A DNA stretch of 64,000 bases from Raillietiella orientalis (lineage: Eukaryota). A program made the translations under genes and the position numbers. Position 1 is the stretch's first letter. The number at the start of each line of letters is the position of its first letter. The notes under the pieces were generated by a model that was not told where the DNA came from, ran no database searches, and saw only the letters and a list, made by a program, of their open reading frames with translations. The stretch covers positions 62,001 to 126,000 of the forward strand of contig JAYWIR010000094.1 of the NCBI GenBank assembly GCA_036172245.1, read 5' to 3'. Shown here piece after piece: positions 46,232 through 59,900 of this stretch.

Positions 46232-49022
46232 TTTTTGCCACCCGGATATGCCATGGCATTTATTATTCTAATTTTTTACGAAAATCAGATAATAAAGTCT
46301 TTAAAAACATGTTTTCTGTGGGAAATACACTGGGTTTCCCCACCTTGCTCGACGTATCGGTTGGCGGTGCATAGACCGGTTAGGTCCATTCCCGAGGCGC
46401 ATGAGAAGGGAAAACTAGAACAAAAACAAACAAAAAGAGAGATAACGAGGAAGGAAACAGTTATATGGGGAGAAGGGAGGGCAGAGAAGGGAACACTGGA
46501 AGCCTGGGTAGGTCCTCCGCATCCTGTTGAGGATGCAGTCAAGTTCAGCTTTTATTGTGAAAGGTAGACGCTCCCTTGTCGCCGTCTCTAAAGAGATCGT
46601 CGTCCAGTGGATGGCGTCCCTGCATCTTGGGCCTCTTCTTCTGGCATGCCACCTTTGCACAATGCCGCGCACGCAGCAGAGGACTGCTACAGACGCAGCG
46701 GGGCGCAGGCCATCACTCAGAAAGAGGCGACGTTAAATTTCCTTAGGGTCGGCTACTGGAAGATGGAGGATTGGGGCGATTCGACTCCAGAGTCCATCCA
46801 GGGCGACACATTCGAGGATGAGATGCGACAAGGTTTCTCTTTCTCCGCACTCGACACAGCGGGCATCCACATTCCCCAGTGTCCAGTGAGACAGGCGAGC
46901 TCTGCTTAACAGTCCCCAGTGCAGAAATAGCAACGCCGTCTCCTGCCACTTCAACGGCAGTGTTCCGCAATCCCAACACACTGGGGGCCATCTCACCTCC
47001 TCCGGAGGTATTGCGAGCAGCTCTCCCCAGCGCGCAAGTCCGTGAGGCGGGACGCTCGGGATGGAAGCGTCCGTGAGCTCCCGAGTCGTCCACGCCTTTA
47101 AAGGTTTTTTCCTGCCTCGGATGAGGCAGGACACTTCCTACGATGCCCGCTCGTTAATGCTCCTAGTGTTTTTAAGGGAGGACAGAACGGGGGCAAGGAG
47201 GCTGAAAGTAGCCCACAGAAACTTCCGGGGCGTGTTGTTAATATCCTGCAGCGGCTGTCAACGTACGGTCCTCGTCGTAGGCAGTTGTATTCCGCCTCGC
47301 TCGTGCCGTTGATCTTAGCCCACGCGGAAGCTGACTCCTGAAGCCAGGCAGTGCAGTTCGCGGGGAGGCAGGAGATCCAGGTATTCTTCGTCATTAGGGC
47401 GACCATCTGGCGCAAATCGGGGCCACAGTTGGAGAGGCTGCGCAGGTAGGCCACGAGGATCGAGGGCAATCCTTCGCAGCCGGTCGCAGTTCTGGCGAGG
47501 AGCCGTGCCGGATCGCACCATGGCGTCAGTCATAAACAAGCCGCAAGGGCTAACTTTCGAATTGTTGTTTGAAGTTGGATGCGCTCCAACGTGAGGAGGC
47601 CCAAGCCACCATCTCTGCGTGGAGCGCACACGTCTTTCAATCGGACTCGCGACCTCGCTGTGCCCCAAAGGGCAGTCCTCAAGAGGGCTTTGGTCCGTCT
47701 CGGTATGATGGGAGGGGCGGGGCAAACAAAAAGTAAGGGGCGAAGGAGGAGGGCCGCAAACGCGTTCCACACCGCGGCCCGCTCCTGCAAGTAAAACTTG
47801 CCGTTCCGAAACGGGGCGATCGCCAACTCCACCTTTTGGTAACGGTCGGACCAGGCTTCTGCAACGCAGAAGTCCCCCAACGGAATGCTAAGGTACTTGA
47901 AGCACCTGCCCGTGGGGATCCCCAAGCGGATCCAGTCCGGCCGTCGTGCCCACGCCGTATTGTTTGAAACTAGTGGTGATGTAGGAACGATTGTGGATTT
48001 CTCTCTGTTCACCTCGAGGCCCGTCCCGCGCCGCAGCAACTCAAAGAAATCTTCGAGCGCCGATGCCGGGGTGGACCCGGGGAGCAGGAGCAGAAGGTCG
48101 TCGGCGTAGGCCGACACGGCAGGCGTGCCGGCACACGAGCTTGGCAGGGTTGCCAGAGTCTCCCTGTATGCCTTCAGCACCAGCTCGAAGTAGATGCTGA
48201 AGAGCAAGGGGCTCAGACTGTCACCCTGCCTTATGCCACGCCAAACCGGCACGCCGAAAACGTGCCGGCCGCTAAAAGAGATGTTTATTACAGCGAAGCG
48301 TTAGCCGAACCGTTGGTAAGCCCGGAAGACGGCCGGGAATACCAAGCGTTCCAGGAGCTCCAGAAGGAGTTCCTGGTCGACGCAATCGTACGCTTTACGC
48401 AGATCGGCTGCGACCGCAAGGGCACCGGGCGCGGCTCTTCCATGAAGGGCGTCCCCTCCATGGTCAGAGGAGAATCTAGGATTCTCTTGACCTCCCTGGT
48501 GTTCGCTTTGTTGAAACTGTCACCATGTACTGGCGTGGAAAAGGTTGGCCTCCATGCTTCGCCGGGAACAGCGTATGTCTGCTCCGGACTCACCACGGAT
48601 CCCGCCACCCGTCCCAGTCGCTCAGCTCAAAGCTTGGCAAGCAACTTCGCATCTGCATTCACTACTGTGATTGGACGCCAGTTGCCTACGTTGCGATTGT
48701 CTCTTCCTTCCGGCAGGAGACGTACTCTAGCTGACCGGCACGATTTAAGGACGTCCCGTTGTTCTCGGATCAGCATGCAAAGCCGATGCACCAGGGGGGC
48801 CAGCTCCGCCACGAAGCCTTGATAGAACTCCGCGGGCAGACCGTCTTCCCCTGGTGCTTTCCTCTTTCTGAGCTTCCGGATGGCGAAGACGATCTCCGCC
48901 ATCGAGAAAGGCTCCTCGAGTTGATGTGTCTGCTCCTCTTGTAGCGCGGGGGCGCCATGCGGCAGCAAGCGCTGCGCCACGGTGCGCTCTGTTGTTCTAC
49001 GCGCGTACAAGGAGAAGTAATA
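46232..49022 (-). mobile_element. Segment R: 5'-truncated element (RT, C-terminus, 3' UTR, hairpin end)
   Basis: KAPGEDG, WRPITVVN, GIRQGDSLSPLLF, YADD, CVECGERETLSHLILEC. Confidence 0.92.
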
Positions 49023-49959
49023 GAGGACTTGTTACGGCGATGCCCTTCCTCCAGAGGGCGCTTAACGAAAGCTGGCAGCCAAGGTGGCAAGACTGCTGCC
49101 GTATCGCAGGCAGAGAGAAGATGATGAGCGGCTGGACCATGGGAGAGTTGACAGATGCAACGACCCCTATTCTCCAGCCGCGTGGATTAGGAAAATGGAG
49201 CGAGCTGCTCGGCATTCGATTGGATGACCTGAAGTGCCCCTCGGTTCTACATGAATCCAGGATTCTTCCTAAGAAGTGGCAAGAATCGGCGCTTCTGTGG
49301 CTGCATTAGGGTGTACCCTGCAACGCGCGCCGCTTCCACTAGACGCGGGGAAGAGTAAATCCTGCATGTGCCAGGTGTGGGAAGCGCGAGTCGCTCCCCC
49401 ACCACTTAGTTAAATGCCCTGCCGTCGAGATTCTTTGGGATCGTCTCAAAACGACCCTTCGGATACCGGATGGTGGCAATGTTGTGTGTGTCTTCAGTCT
49501 TGTCTTCGTGCGGGACGCCCTCATTCCAGCCGCAGCCCTGGCAGCACTTTGCTGCATTCGTGGTGTCGTGGCGGCCTGGAGTGATGCCGAAGATGAAGAC
49601 TGCATCGTGAGGGACGTCATCGATTATGCTTCTTGCTTCCTGCAGAGAGCTACCCGATGGCATCATCTAGGGAAACTGAAAATAGAACTAGAAATCATCC
49701 TGCAAAGGATGGGCGCTCCCAGCAGTTTTCTGTGATCCCTTCTCATCCCTTCAAACTTTTTTTTGTGGTTTCTTTTTCTCTTTTATTTTATTTTTGTTTT
49801 GTCCCCCATCCCCCTCCACTGCCGAGCAGAGCCACACCGGGCTGCGTCCCGGTGTCCCGGCAGTTCCGGTATTGCGTGGCCGTCAGTGCGGCCTTGTACC
49901 ACGTTCTGTATTGACAGTCGAAATCTTTTTAATAAACGTCCCGGCGTATCCGGGTGGAA
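49023..49959 (+). mobile_element. Segment S: ORF2 C-terminus, 3' UTR, hairpin end (N-like)
   Basis: KWQESALL, CARCGKRESLPH; end at 49931-49959. Confidence 0.88.
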
Positions 49960-51130
49960 TCGTCGAAACCTGGAGGGAGACGGTTCAGGGGAAACTGGTC
50001 GCAGAACTCGCGGACTGAGCTCTTCAAGTCGTCCCAGTCCGCGAGCGACTGCAGATGGAAGCTTTGCAGGAACGAGCGAAGATGTTGCGCTGCTCCTGCG
50101 AGGCGCAACCAGTCCCCTGGCAAACGCCACGCTGTGGAGGGTGGACCTCTACCGCGCGGGTGTATTTCTAGCACGAGCCGGGGATGGTCGGAAAGTACGG
50201 GTGGCACTGCCCCTCGATTTCCCACCCGCGAACACAGGTGGTTGTCGAGAAACATGTGGTCGATCCTCGTCTCTGTTCCGGCGTCACCGGCCAACAAGTT
50301 GCGCGCGTGCATGGCAGCGCACATCTCGTTGACCAGCTGTGCGCGAATGTCGGGCGCACCTGCCAGCAGGCGGACGTTAAAGTTCCCGGCAATGAGGTGC
50401 GCCTTTCGCATGTCTGCTTCGGCCAGCCAATCTCGCCGCAGGCCTTCGAAGAACGCAGTGCGTTCTTCGCGCCTGTGGCTCGTGTCGGGCGCGTACACGG
50501 TGTTGGGCTTTCTCCACATCGAGAAAACGCTAGAGAATTTTTCGAGTTCAGCGCGGATGGCGTTCTCATCCATCCGCACTGTTGTCCCTGTTAGGTGGAC
50601 CACATTGGAGTGGTCCACCGTGTGTGGGAGTAAATTCCTGCCCTCAAATTGTACGGGCGTGCAGAGCATCTTGTGGGTAAGAGCTGCATCCTTGCAGATG
50701 AGCTCTGCCAACTGCCCTCCGCTCCGTATTGAGAGGCAAAGAATTTCATGGTCGGCAATGCCCATCTTTTTGAAGGCATTACCGAACTTTCGCGCCCTTA
50801 ACGGGGAATATAAATTTCCTACCTTGTACAGTAGGGCCGGATTGTAGCCCTTCCGGATGTAGGATTGTTTTTCGGCGGCGACATCGGGCGTTTCCGCCGC
50901 TGTCACGGCGCTCCAGGCCCTCGCCGTAGTGACGGGGGAAGGTGAAGAAGTAGTGGAGGGGCGTGATCCCACCTCCTTTGGCTTGGCAGACGCGGTCTTT
51001 TCGCCTCCCTCACCTGAAACTGCGGCGTCCACAGGCATTTCTGCCTGTCAACGGCCGCGAAACACACACGAAACACCAGAAAAGAAAAACACCCTATGCA
51101 CGGAGCGCACAACAATTGCGTCCGCCGTTC
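49960..51130 (-). mobile_element. Segment T: 5' UTR + ORF1 N-half fused in frame by deletion to the APE C-half
   Basis: ORF 49929-51038: RAWSAVT..YNPALLYKVGNL..MWRKPNT|VYAPDTSH..GNFN..RIDH..SDH. Confidence 0.88.
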
Positions 51131-51139
51131 GCCGCCTCC

Positions 51140-51488
51140 GAAGGCGCTACGTGAGGGACTTCATCCCTTACGCTGCTTGCTTCTTGAGGAGAGCTACTGG
51201 ATGGCCCCAGCTGGGAAATATTTGGTAGGACTTCAAGGACATCATTTGAAGGATGGGTTTTCCTCCCGGTGACTAGTGATGCCTTCCCTGCCCTCCAACT
51301 TCTTTTGGTTTTTCTTATTTTTTATTTTTTTTTGGTTTTCTCACCCATCCCCATTTACTGCCGAGGAGAGACACGCCAGGCAGTGTCTTGGCGTCCCGGC
51401 AAATCCTGTGTATATGGCCGTGAGAGGGGCCTTATACCGCAGATATAGAGTTTAATCAATAAGCGCCCAGGGCGTACCCTGGTGACAA
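51140..51488 (+). mobile_element. Segment U: short G-type 3' end
   Basis: VRDFIPYAACFLRRATGWPQLGNI; 3' UTR resembles G; hairpin CCAGGG-CGTA-CCCTGG. Confidence 0.85.
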
Positions 51489-54117
51489 CCCTAAATCGCT
51501 CAGGTAGGCGATGGGAAGAAAACTGTTCTCCGAACTCCTGGACCGATTGCTTAAAGCGGTCCCAGTGCTGAAGAGTCCGAATGCTGAAGCTCCGTATGAA
51601 TTGGCGGAGATGTTCCGCCGCGTCAGGGAGCTTCATCCAGTCGAATGGCAGACGCCACGCTGACGAGGGAGGGCGCTTGTCGCGCGGATGCACTTCGAAC
51701 AAGATCCGGTCATGGTCGGACAGCTTGGACGATAACTTGCCGCGCCTGCTCACATGAAGGTGCTGGGTGAGCTAAGGGGCTGGTCGAGGAACACGTGATC
51801 GATGCTGCGTTCCATGTCCGTATCTCCAGCCAACAAGTTGCATGTGTGCATTTCTGCGCACAACTCGTTGACGCGGTCGTTCAGTGTATCCGGCGCACCT
51901 GACAGCAGGCGCAGGTTGAAATCACCTGCGATCAGGTGCGCTTTGCGAACCATTTCTTCGGTCACGCAATCATGTCTCAGGTCAAGGTAGAATTCCCTTC
52001 TTGCCTTGATCATCAACGCGGAGTTTCCGCTAGGAGCGTACAGGTTGGTGACGACCAGGACGATGGAGTCGGGCCAGCTGAGAGTCAGCTGACCGACGCG
52101 ACCGGCATCATCAAACCGTACGTTTTTTATTGCGGCCTCGATGGCTGGCCGGAGCAGGAAGGCGACACCGCTTGATTTCGTGGTGCCGCAGCGCCACAGC
52201 AGCCTTCCTCCCGCGATCCGTTTGATATCCCGGGCTTGATCTGCGGAGATCACGTGGATCTCCTGCAGCAGCACCAGGTCGAAGGATAGAAGGGTGGCGG
52301 CCACGTCACGCCTCTTGCCGTCGTCGCTTAGCCCGTTGACGTTCCAGCAGGCGATCAGCAGACGACGACGGGAGGAGATTCCCGGCATTACTGCTGGGAA
52401 GGTGGCGCTGCAGCATCTGCCGCGGGGCAGGTGTTCGGGATGTCCATGGGGACGAAGACCTCTTTAGGCACCAGGGGCACCAGTTCGTCCTTCACCCCCT
52501 AGGTTCCATCCGTGGCGAAGCGTGGGATTCTCTCGGGCGAAGGGTCCCGGGATTTTCCCACGCTCACCGCAATGTTGCTAGCGGAAGCCATCTCTGCAAT
52601 TTCGTCGGGGTTGACGAACTTCCGGGGCTTTGTGGACTTCCGTCCAGCCTTTTTGCGGGGTGCGGTTTAGATGGAGGCTGTGCTTTGGGCCTCCACTTTA
52701 TGGTGGGAAGTGGTTGACTTCTCAGGGGAAGCCGGACGCCTTACGGCTTTCTTGCCAGCCTTCGAGGGGGCCGGCTGCAATGAGGCAGCCATCTTCTCCG
52801 CAGCGCGCTCGAAGGCGACGTCATCGAGCGTGGGCTCGATGACGGACGCCGCCGCCTTTCTCCTCTATTAGTTGACTTTGTCAACGGAGGGTTGAGCAAG
52901 GGCAGCAGCGAGTTCTATAGTGTCGAATTCGTCGATGGCGAGAATCCTCTCCACGATGACGCAGCAACTTTTCGTTGCATGGCGGCGCGGTGCAGTTTGG
53001 CTCCGTTTGGCGATTTTCTGTGCCTTTATGGTACTTCTCTTTTCAGAGTTGACTTCTGCCAGCCCGGCTCTTGGCTGTGTCCCTCAATCTATTCGGTGTT
53101 TCTTCCGTGGTAACGGGGCTGACTTTCGCCTTGGTGGCGGAGGTTACTTCTTTCGCTGCAGCTCGCGCTGCCAGCTTCTTTCATATCTTCGCCGCGCGCT
53201 TTCTCCCATTTTTTGCAGACGTGACGCGGACTGAGTTTCTGGGGACTGCTCTTGGCACTTGTTGCTTGTTGGCACTGCTCGAACTGCACGCTAGGACACC
53301 TCATTTTGGGGTGTCTAAAGCTGCTGCAGCAGCCTCAGAACTTGGGTTTCCCTATGTGCCACATGTCCACGGATTCACCGTGGACGATGAGTTTGTAAAG
53401 AAACACACTGATCGCGAAGCGTGTTGACTCACGATGCACCCAAGCCGCCAAGCACCTCGTCGTAGTTTACCAACGGAGTGGGCTTGCCCTTGGGCGCGTG
53501 CACGATTGCAACTTATCCTAGATAGTTCCGGATGGCCTCTGTGGTCATCCAGAACTTAATGCCGGTCATGTTAATAAGCAGCTACTGGTCTTCCGTAACT
53601 GGGAGAAGCCTTCGATTGCCCATTATTACGGGAGTTCGCAAAAGTCTCTGCGCAAGAGTTGCCTCCTTTACAATGACTTCCACAAACTGACCCCCGCTTC
53701 TGATCGACATGGCTAGAAGCTCCTTTTGTACGCCGAGAGTGCGCATTGCCTGCGAGGAGGCACACGCGCTCTGTGGGAAATAAAGATTCTCTTGCTTGTA
53801 TAGGAGGGTTGGGTTGTACACCTACTCCAGGTAGGCGCGCATCGCCGCCATAGCCGCTGACGTACGTGCCGCAGCCTCGGCGTTCCAAGCCCTGGGTAGG
53901 GCTGGGCGCGCATTAGTGTTGGTGGAAGCCCCCTCTGATGCGGGAGCCTCAACCTCCATCACTTTCGGGGGCAATGGGAACGTCGACCCCGGATCCTCAC
54001 CGGTGGTGGCGTCTGCTATTGCTGCCTATTCCACCACAGAAACCATGCCCAACGCAAAGTAAACGCAAACTCAGGAGCAGCGACAATACACGTCCGTTTG
54101 ACGCTTCAGAGTCTCGC
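51489..54117 (-). mobile_element. Segment V: 5' UTR, degraded ORF1 and APE
   Basis: ORFs 53582-53821, 51750-52388 and 51355-51753. Confidence 0.88.
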
Positions 54118-56435
54118 TTTAAACCCGGTTCGCTGGGACGTTTATTTTGTCAACAAACTTAGCTATATTGTGACTGGAACAGTAGTCCAGCCACGTCCTA
54201 GAAAGTAGCAGATTGCCGGGCTACTGGTGCGCAGACCGACGCGGTCGACCTCAGCAGCAGAGGGAAAAGGGAACGAAACAAAAAGAGAACAAAAAGACAC
54301 AGAACTGGGGAGGGAGCGGGAAGGAATCACTGTCTGCTGAAAGGATCCGTCATCCTCTGGAGGATGCCGGCAAGCTGTCGCTGAATGGTGGATGTCAGAT
54401 GGGGCCATCGCGTCGCCATCCGCTAGAAGCAAGCGGCACACACGGTAACATCCCTGTCGCTGGATCCTCCGGTAGCTTTTCTCCATGCCACGACGATCCT
54501 GCGTAGGCAGCACAGTGCTGCAAGTGTGGCCTCTAAAGGCAGAGCATCTCAGACGGAGAGAGGGCACAAAGCGTCCCTACAATTACCTTCAGGGATACTC
54601 AGGGCCGTGACAAAGCGTTTCCACAGGGGACGGAAGGCAAAACAATCCACTAACAGGTGAAGGAGGTAGTCCCTCTCCCCACAGCTGACACAATTGGGGT
54701 TGACACCTTGCGTTCAGCGCTGTCGGCAGGCGTAGTAGTGGAGGCCCCAAGGCAACACCAGCAATTTTGACTGTTTCCATTTCATTGGGAGGGTGTGCGA
54801 GTCCATGAGCACCGGGGGCCACTCGAGATGTTCCTGAGGAACATTTGCGGACAGTTCTTTTGAGATTGTCGCAGTCCGCGAGTTATTGAAAGGCGGAGCC
54901 TCGGAGGTGTTCACGGAGATACTGGGCATCCTCCGGATGGCTAAGCCAATCCGCATGCGTCCTCCAGTTTTGCAACAAAGGCCCCTTGCCTGGCGGAAGG
55001 AGCTCAAACTACAACCTGTGGTGGTCAGAAAGCCTAGTCTACCATCTTCTTCTCCTGCCCACACGTGAATGCATGTTTTCAGTGAAGAAAACGTGATCGA
55101 GCAATCTTTCTATTTCCGGTTCTCTGACCATCAACTTGGAGGCGTACTCCGACGCGCACATCTCGATGGGCAGCGCGCGCTCATAATGGAGGCTCCAATT
55201 GTCGGACAGCAGGCGGAAGTTGAAGTCACCCGCGACGAGGTGCACAACTCGGGGACCGGAGTAGTTGAGTTAGTGGCTTTGCACCTCACCAATGAAATCT
55301 ACTCTTCCATCGAGGTAGTGACAACCACACGGCGCTTAGACGTTCGTAACGACGAGATGGATGGATTCGCACCTCTTCACAACAAGTTGGCCCACCCGTC
55401 CTTCGTCAACAAAACGAACAGCACGCAACCCTTAACGCGACGGACAGACGACGAGAAAACGTGACTCCCCGCAGTACGGCTAGAAACGCGGCGGCATTTT
55501 GCTCGCTTGATCCGGCGAGCGGACGGCGAGCAGCAGGACCGGCTAGAGGGCACGATCGCCACCGTTCCCCTTCGTGCTGCATATATCTCGCATCTCACGC
55601 CAGGTTTAACCTCGTCGTGTTTGGTGGAGAATTGTCTTTGCTTTGCTGTGTGCGTTGCTTATTTCCCTACTTTCAAAGGGCGCGCACACGCTTTCGAACG
55701 AGTTATCCCCATCTCCGCGTTCGTGTCGGCTTCCGGTTCGGAGTCCGACTGGCTGATACTCTATCGGCATTCGGCCTTCCACTAAGAAGTCGCAGGTTCT
55801 GCTGGATTGACAGAGGTCCTTTCGTTATTTTCCGTCATCATAGAGTCGCTCTTAGTGACGGCTGCTTTCCCGGCGCGTGCGCTTTCCGCGTGGTTACGGG
55901 CATTTCCACGAGGAACCTTTGAGGAAGTCTTTTTGACTTCACGGCGGGTTTTCACTTCGCATGGCGCCGTGGATGGACATTGTCCTGCGTTTTTTGGAGC
56001 TTTGTTTATTTTTTCGCTTTTTTTTTGTGAGCTTTTAATTTCCGTTGCCTTTGTTGGATGAGCCGGCGTCTTTAGACGTGGGCACTTCCGATGGCTCCTA
56101 CACGCTCGTCATCGGCGTTGCTTTTGGAAGGACTCTTAAGCCTTTCGTCAGCATCGCATCCGCGTCAGTCCTGAGCTTACTCTCCCACTGAGACAGCGTG
56201 GTATCCCTCTCTGCTTTCTCCGGTTTTATGCGCGGCGCGGATTTTATTTTGCCGACTTTCGCTGAAAGGCGGTCGTCGGTTCCGCAGTTGAAGATCCGGA
56301 TGCTGTTCCTCCAACTTCAGTAGCTTCGGGATGGGAAAGCATCGTTCCCGTAATGCACGACACCAGGATGGAGCGAACTTAAGCTTGGCTACGATAGCGA
56401 GAAAAAAACACGTCCGCACTGCTCGCGGAATCGCC
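54118..56435 (-). mobile_element. Element W: about 2.3 kb internally deleted copy with both termini, lacking the ORF1 core and all of RT
   Basis: 5' motif 56404-56415; APE remnant (HLVAGDFN..DHVF) jumps near 54845 to LEWPPVL..KWKQS; end motif 54118-54146. Confidence 0.7.
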
Positions 56436-58640
56436 GGCAATCAATTGAGCCCTGTGAACGTTTGCTTACGTTCCTGGTACCCAAGAGAACCTCTGGGGGC
56501 GCACACGTTCGTGACGATTAAATCGATCGTCTCCGACATTAAAATCAGTCGGTCGGCTCGACAGGCAACGTCGAATGGCACACCCTTCAGGGCAGCGGTG
56601 ACTACTGGCTTGATGAAAAATGCGACGCCACTGGAACAATGTCTGCGATGGAGCCTCCCATCTGCGCTATCTCCCAAATTGGCCGCTTGCTGTTCTGAGA
56701 AAGCATGAGCAGGGCCAGATCAGAGTCATTCAAGACGTTAGCTATTAATCGCTTCTTCTTGTTGTCCTGCAGCCGGTTGACGTTTCAACAGGCTACACGG
56801 ACGCCACGAGAAAATGCGACGCCGCGCATTACGGCTGAGGATATGGAAGCGCGTTCCTCGCTCCGTCCGACGGAGCATTAGCCGGGAGCACGGCAGGTTG
56901 AGGAGCGGAAGCGCACCTTGTCTCCGCTGCGCAGCACGCGTCTGGCTCAGTAGAGTCGAGGATCATTGCCATGGGCTCCAAGGAGCATTGGAAACTGTTC
57001 CCGGCATCAGATTCTCGTCTGGGAAGTTTCGGCTTGCGCGCAGCTCTGGGTTTACCTGGGGATTGGAGAGCACTTGCTCTGCTCTTGGACTCCACCTCGA
57101 AGTGCGCATTTCGAGCGAACGGCAGGCGTTTTGCCTGTGGTCTCCTTTGCTAGAAGCTTGTTGCTGGTCCAGCATTGGTAGAGGTTGCCTTCGGCATCTA
57201 TCGCTCACTGGTGGTGGCGGCGTTGGCAGCCGTGGCTTTCTCGTACGCCTTCCTTGGCACGTGGTGCTCTTGCTTTATTATATCTATTTAAATGATGGAC
57301 AAGTGCGAAGTATCCCGTGGTTTCCTTTTCTTCTTCTTCCTTCTCTCAACAAAAGTCCATTCAGCCTCGCCCATCTCTGGTATACCTTGTCTGAACGCAA
57401 TTGCCTCCAGGGTTCTCTGCAACATTTCCAAGGCTCTTCGATGGGCAATGCTCGCCAGTTTTGACCTTGCCACATATGCCTTTTGTACCTTCTTGACGAA
57501 AGATGCGAGCAGAGTGGGGGAAGAGACGCGAGAGGCTTTGCAGCCTTTTCCGCAGATCGGCTCGCCGTGGCAGGCTTGCCTTTTGCGGTCGTAGGGGCTC
57601 TTATCCCCTTTTAAAGCTCCATTGGACTTACCGAGCGGGCCACCGCTATTCCGTTCCGGAGCAGGGACAGAACGGATTCGGCGGTTTTGCCGTTTTCACG
57701 ATGTTTTTGGCGGGCTAGGTGGCTCGGGTCTTGCTTTGGGCAGCTTAGACAAGCTTTTTGCCCTTTTGCGCATTTTTTGGGGCAGCTTTGCTCCCAGACA
57801 CGCCCGCGCAAACGGGCTTTGGGATACTCCGCTGCTAAATCTCGTTCGCGCCGGATTTCTTGCCCGACAATGGGATGGATAGAATCTTCGCGGACAGCGA
57901 TGTCGCGGGGACGTTTCTCGCCCGCCATTTTCTTCTTAGCTCGGCGCACTTACTGATTGAGTGATCAAGCATCTTGCAGTAGTGGCAACTACGTTTGGAG
58001 AACTTCCGCGGACGGTGTCCTTCCTTTCCGCAGTTGCCGCAAGCATGGGTATGTTGGGCAAACAGCAGAAAAATGACGCCGTCACCAAGATGAATCTACA
58101 AAGGCAGCAGTCTCCGGTTGTCCATAGTTATGCGCGCCGCGGCGAGTCCGCAAGAGGGGCGTGAAACCTTCTTGATGGGGTTCACGCGCCTCCATAATAC
58201 GCGCACTGTGGCGAACGCCTCAAGTGCAACAATTGAATCGCGGTCGGCGATTTCCGCCCTAATGCACGAGAGTTGGACCACGAACGACTGCTCGAGGACC
58301 GGAAGGATTACCCCTGATTTTGAGGGGCGTTCGGAGCAGACTCTGGACAAGGGCTGCATCTTAGTAGTGCACCTCCCAATGCCCGAGCGGACTTACTGGC
58401 ATTAGAGCCAGGAGGTGGTCGTCGCGTATTCCGACGCCTTCAAGTTCACCGCAGATTTGGTTACCCGTCTCATGTGTATACAAAGCACTATTACGCTTCT
58501 CTCGTTGCCGACGAGACGTCAGCTGCCGAGATCGGATGTTCTCGTCGGCTATTCCAGTGGCCTTCTGTTGAATCGACTGCTTCTGCAGCTCTGAGTGGCC
58601 ATTGTTGATGGCTCGGGTTCAACAGGCCGTTGCAATAGCA
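56436..58640 (-). mobile_element. Segment Y: degraded J-like ORF1 + APE N-terminus
   Basis: Colinear with J (e.g. 58350-58412 vs 38865-38928); IDLIVTNVCAP. Confidence 0.8.
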
Positions 58641-58649
58641 GCACCTAAG

Positions 58650-59900
58650 GCAGACCGCCTGGCGTGAAGAAGCTAGGCATCAACGAATTGGTCAGCGGTC
58701 GCGTCGGCCAATTGACTCTCACATGGTCGGACGAGGTTCACCTCATCGACGCAAACGTTTACGCTCCTAGCGGCAAGCAGAGTAACCTGCATAGGAATGC
58801 GTTGCAGGAAACCTTGAAGCGCGACTGAATGGTGGACATGTTCGTGCTGAAAACTAGTCTGATAGCTGGAGATTTCAACGTCCATGCTCGAGGATTTCTT
58901 CGGGAACGTGAATTGCGTCCTTATGGGACTATCCTGGATTTGAACAGAACGAAGTCGTGCTTCCTTTCTGTCCACTCGGCGTGTGCTGGACGGCCGGACT
59001 GGATTCGCTTGTGGATCCCCAAGGGCAGGTGCTTCAAGTACCTTGGCGTTCCGTTGGTGGAGTTCTGCGCAGCAGGAGCCTAGCACGACCGTCTCCAAAA
59101 GTCATCGTTGGCGATGGGATGAGTTCCAGGAAGTCTAGTTTTACCTCAGAAACGGGGCCGCGATGCAAATAGCGTTTCCGGCTTCCGTCTTTCGTCTCTC
59201 GCCTTTTGTTTGCTTTGCTCCTGCTTTCATTCGTAAAGAAGCAGCGGGCCTCCTAAGGGCATCTCTGTGAGGCAAAGGGAGATCCCGTGTGCGACTGAAA
59301 GACTTTTGCGCTCCACGAAGGGACGCAAGAATTGGCCTCTTTACTTTGGAGCTCATAGAGCTTCAGCTCCGACTCCAGACACTCGCCCTTGCGGCGGAAT
59401 TCTGGGACACGCCTGAGTGCGCCCAAGCAAGGTTCTTGGCGCAACGAGCCTCAGGATTTGGCGGATTATCGTCGTTTCTGCCGAATCGCTACTGCAGGCT
59501 CACATGATGAAGACTGCAGCTGCGTTGTATGACAGTTGCGGTTCGAAAGAACGCCTGGATCTCCTGCCTCCCCGGACTCTACTCCGCATGACTGTAGAGG
59601 TCAGTCACCACGTGGTAACAGATCTACATCCCAAGCGATACAAGGAACAGTTGCCTGAGAAGACACGCTCGCTAGACGCTGCAGAAGATCCATACCCTGC
59701 AAACTACGCCTCACTCTCTGGGCTCGTGGAAATGTGGATGGCCGTTTTGCCCGGAGCAGAGAGAAGGAGACCATGCCTCACCTTCTTCTGGAATGCATCG
59801 CCTTCCGGCTTTTCTAGGATCGTCTTTCTACGGTTCTAAACATTGCCGGAGGCACACCCAGGGACATGTTTTGGCGATGCTCTACGTGCGCATTCGTGCC
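58650..59900 (+). mobile_element. Segment Z: heavily degraded, internally deleted ORF2
   Basis: RVGQLTLTWSD, LIAGDFNVH, CFKYLGVP, RLKDFCAPRRD; right boundary vague. Confidence 0.75.
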
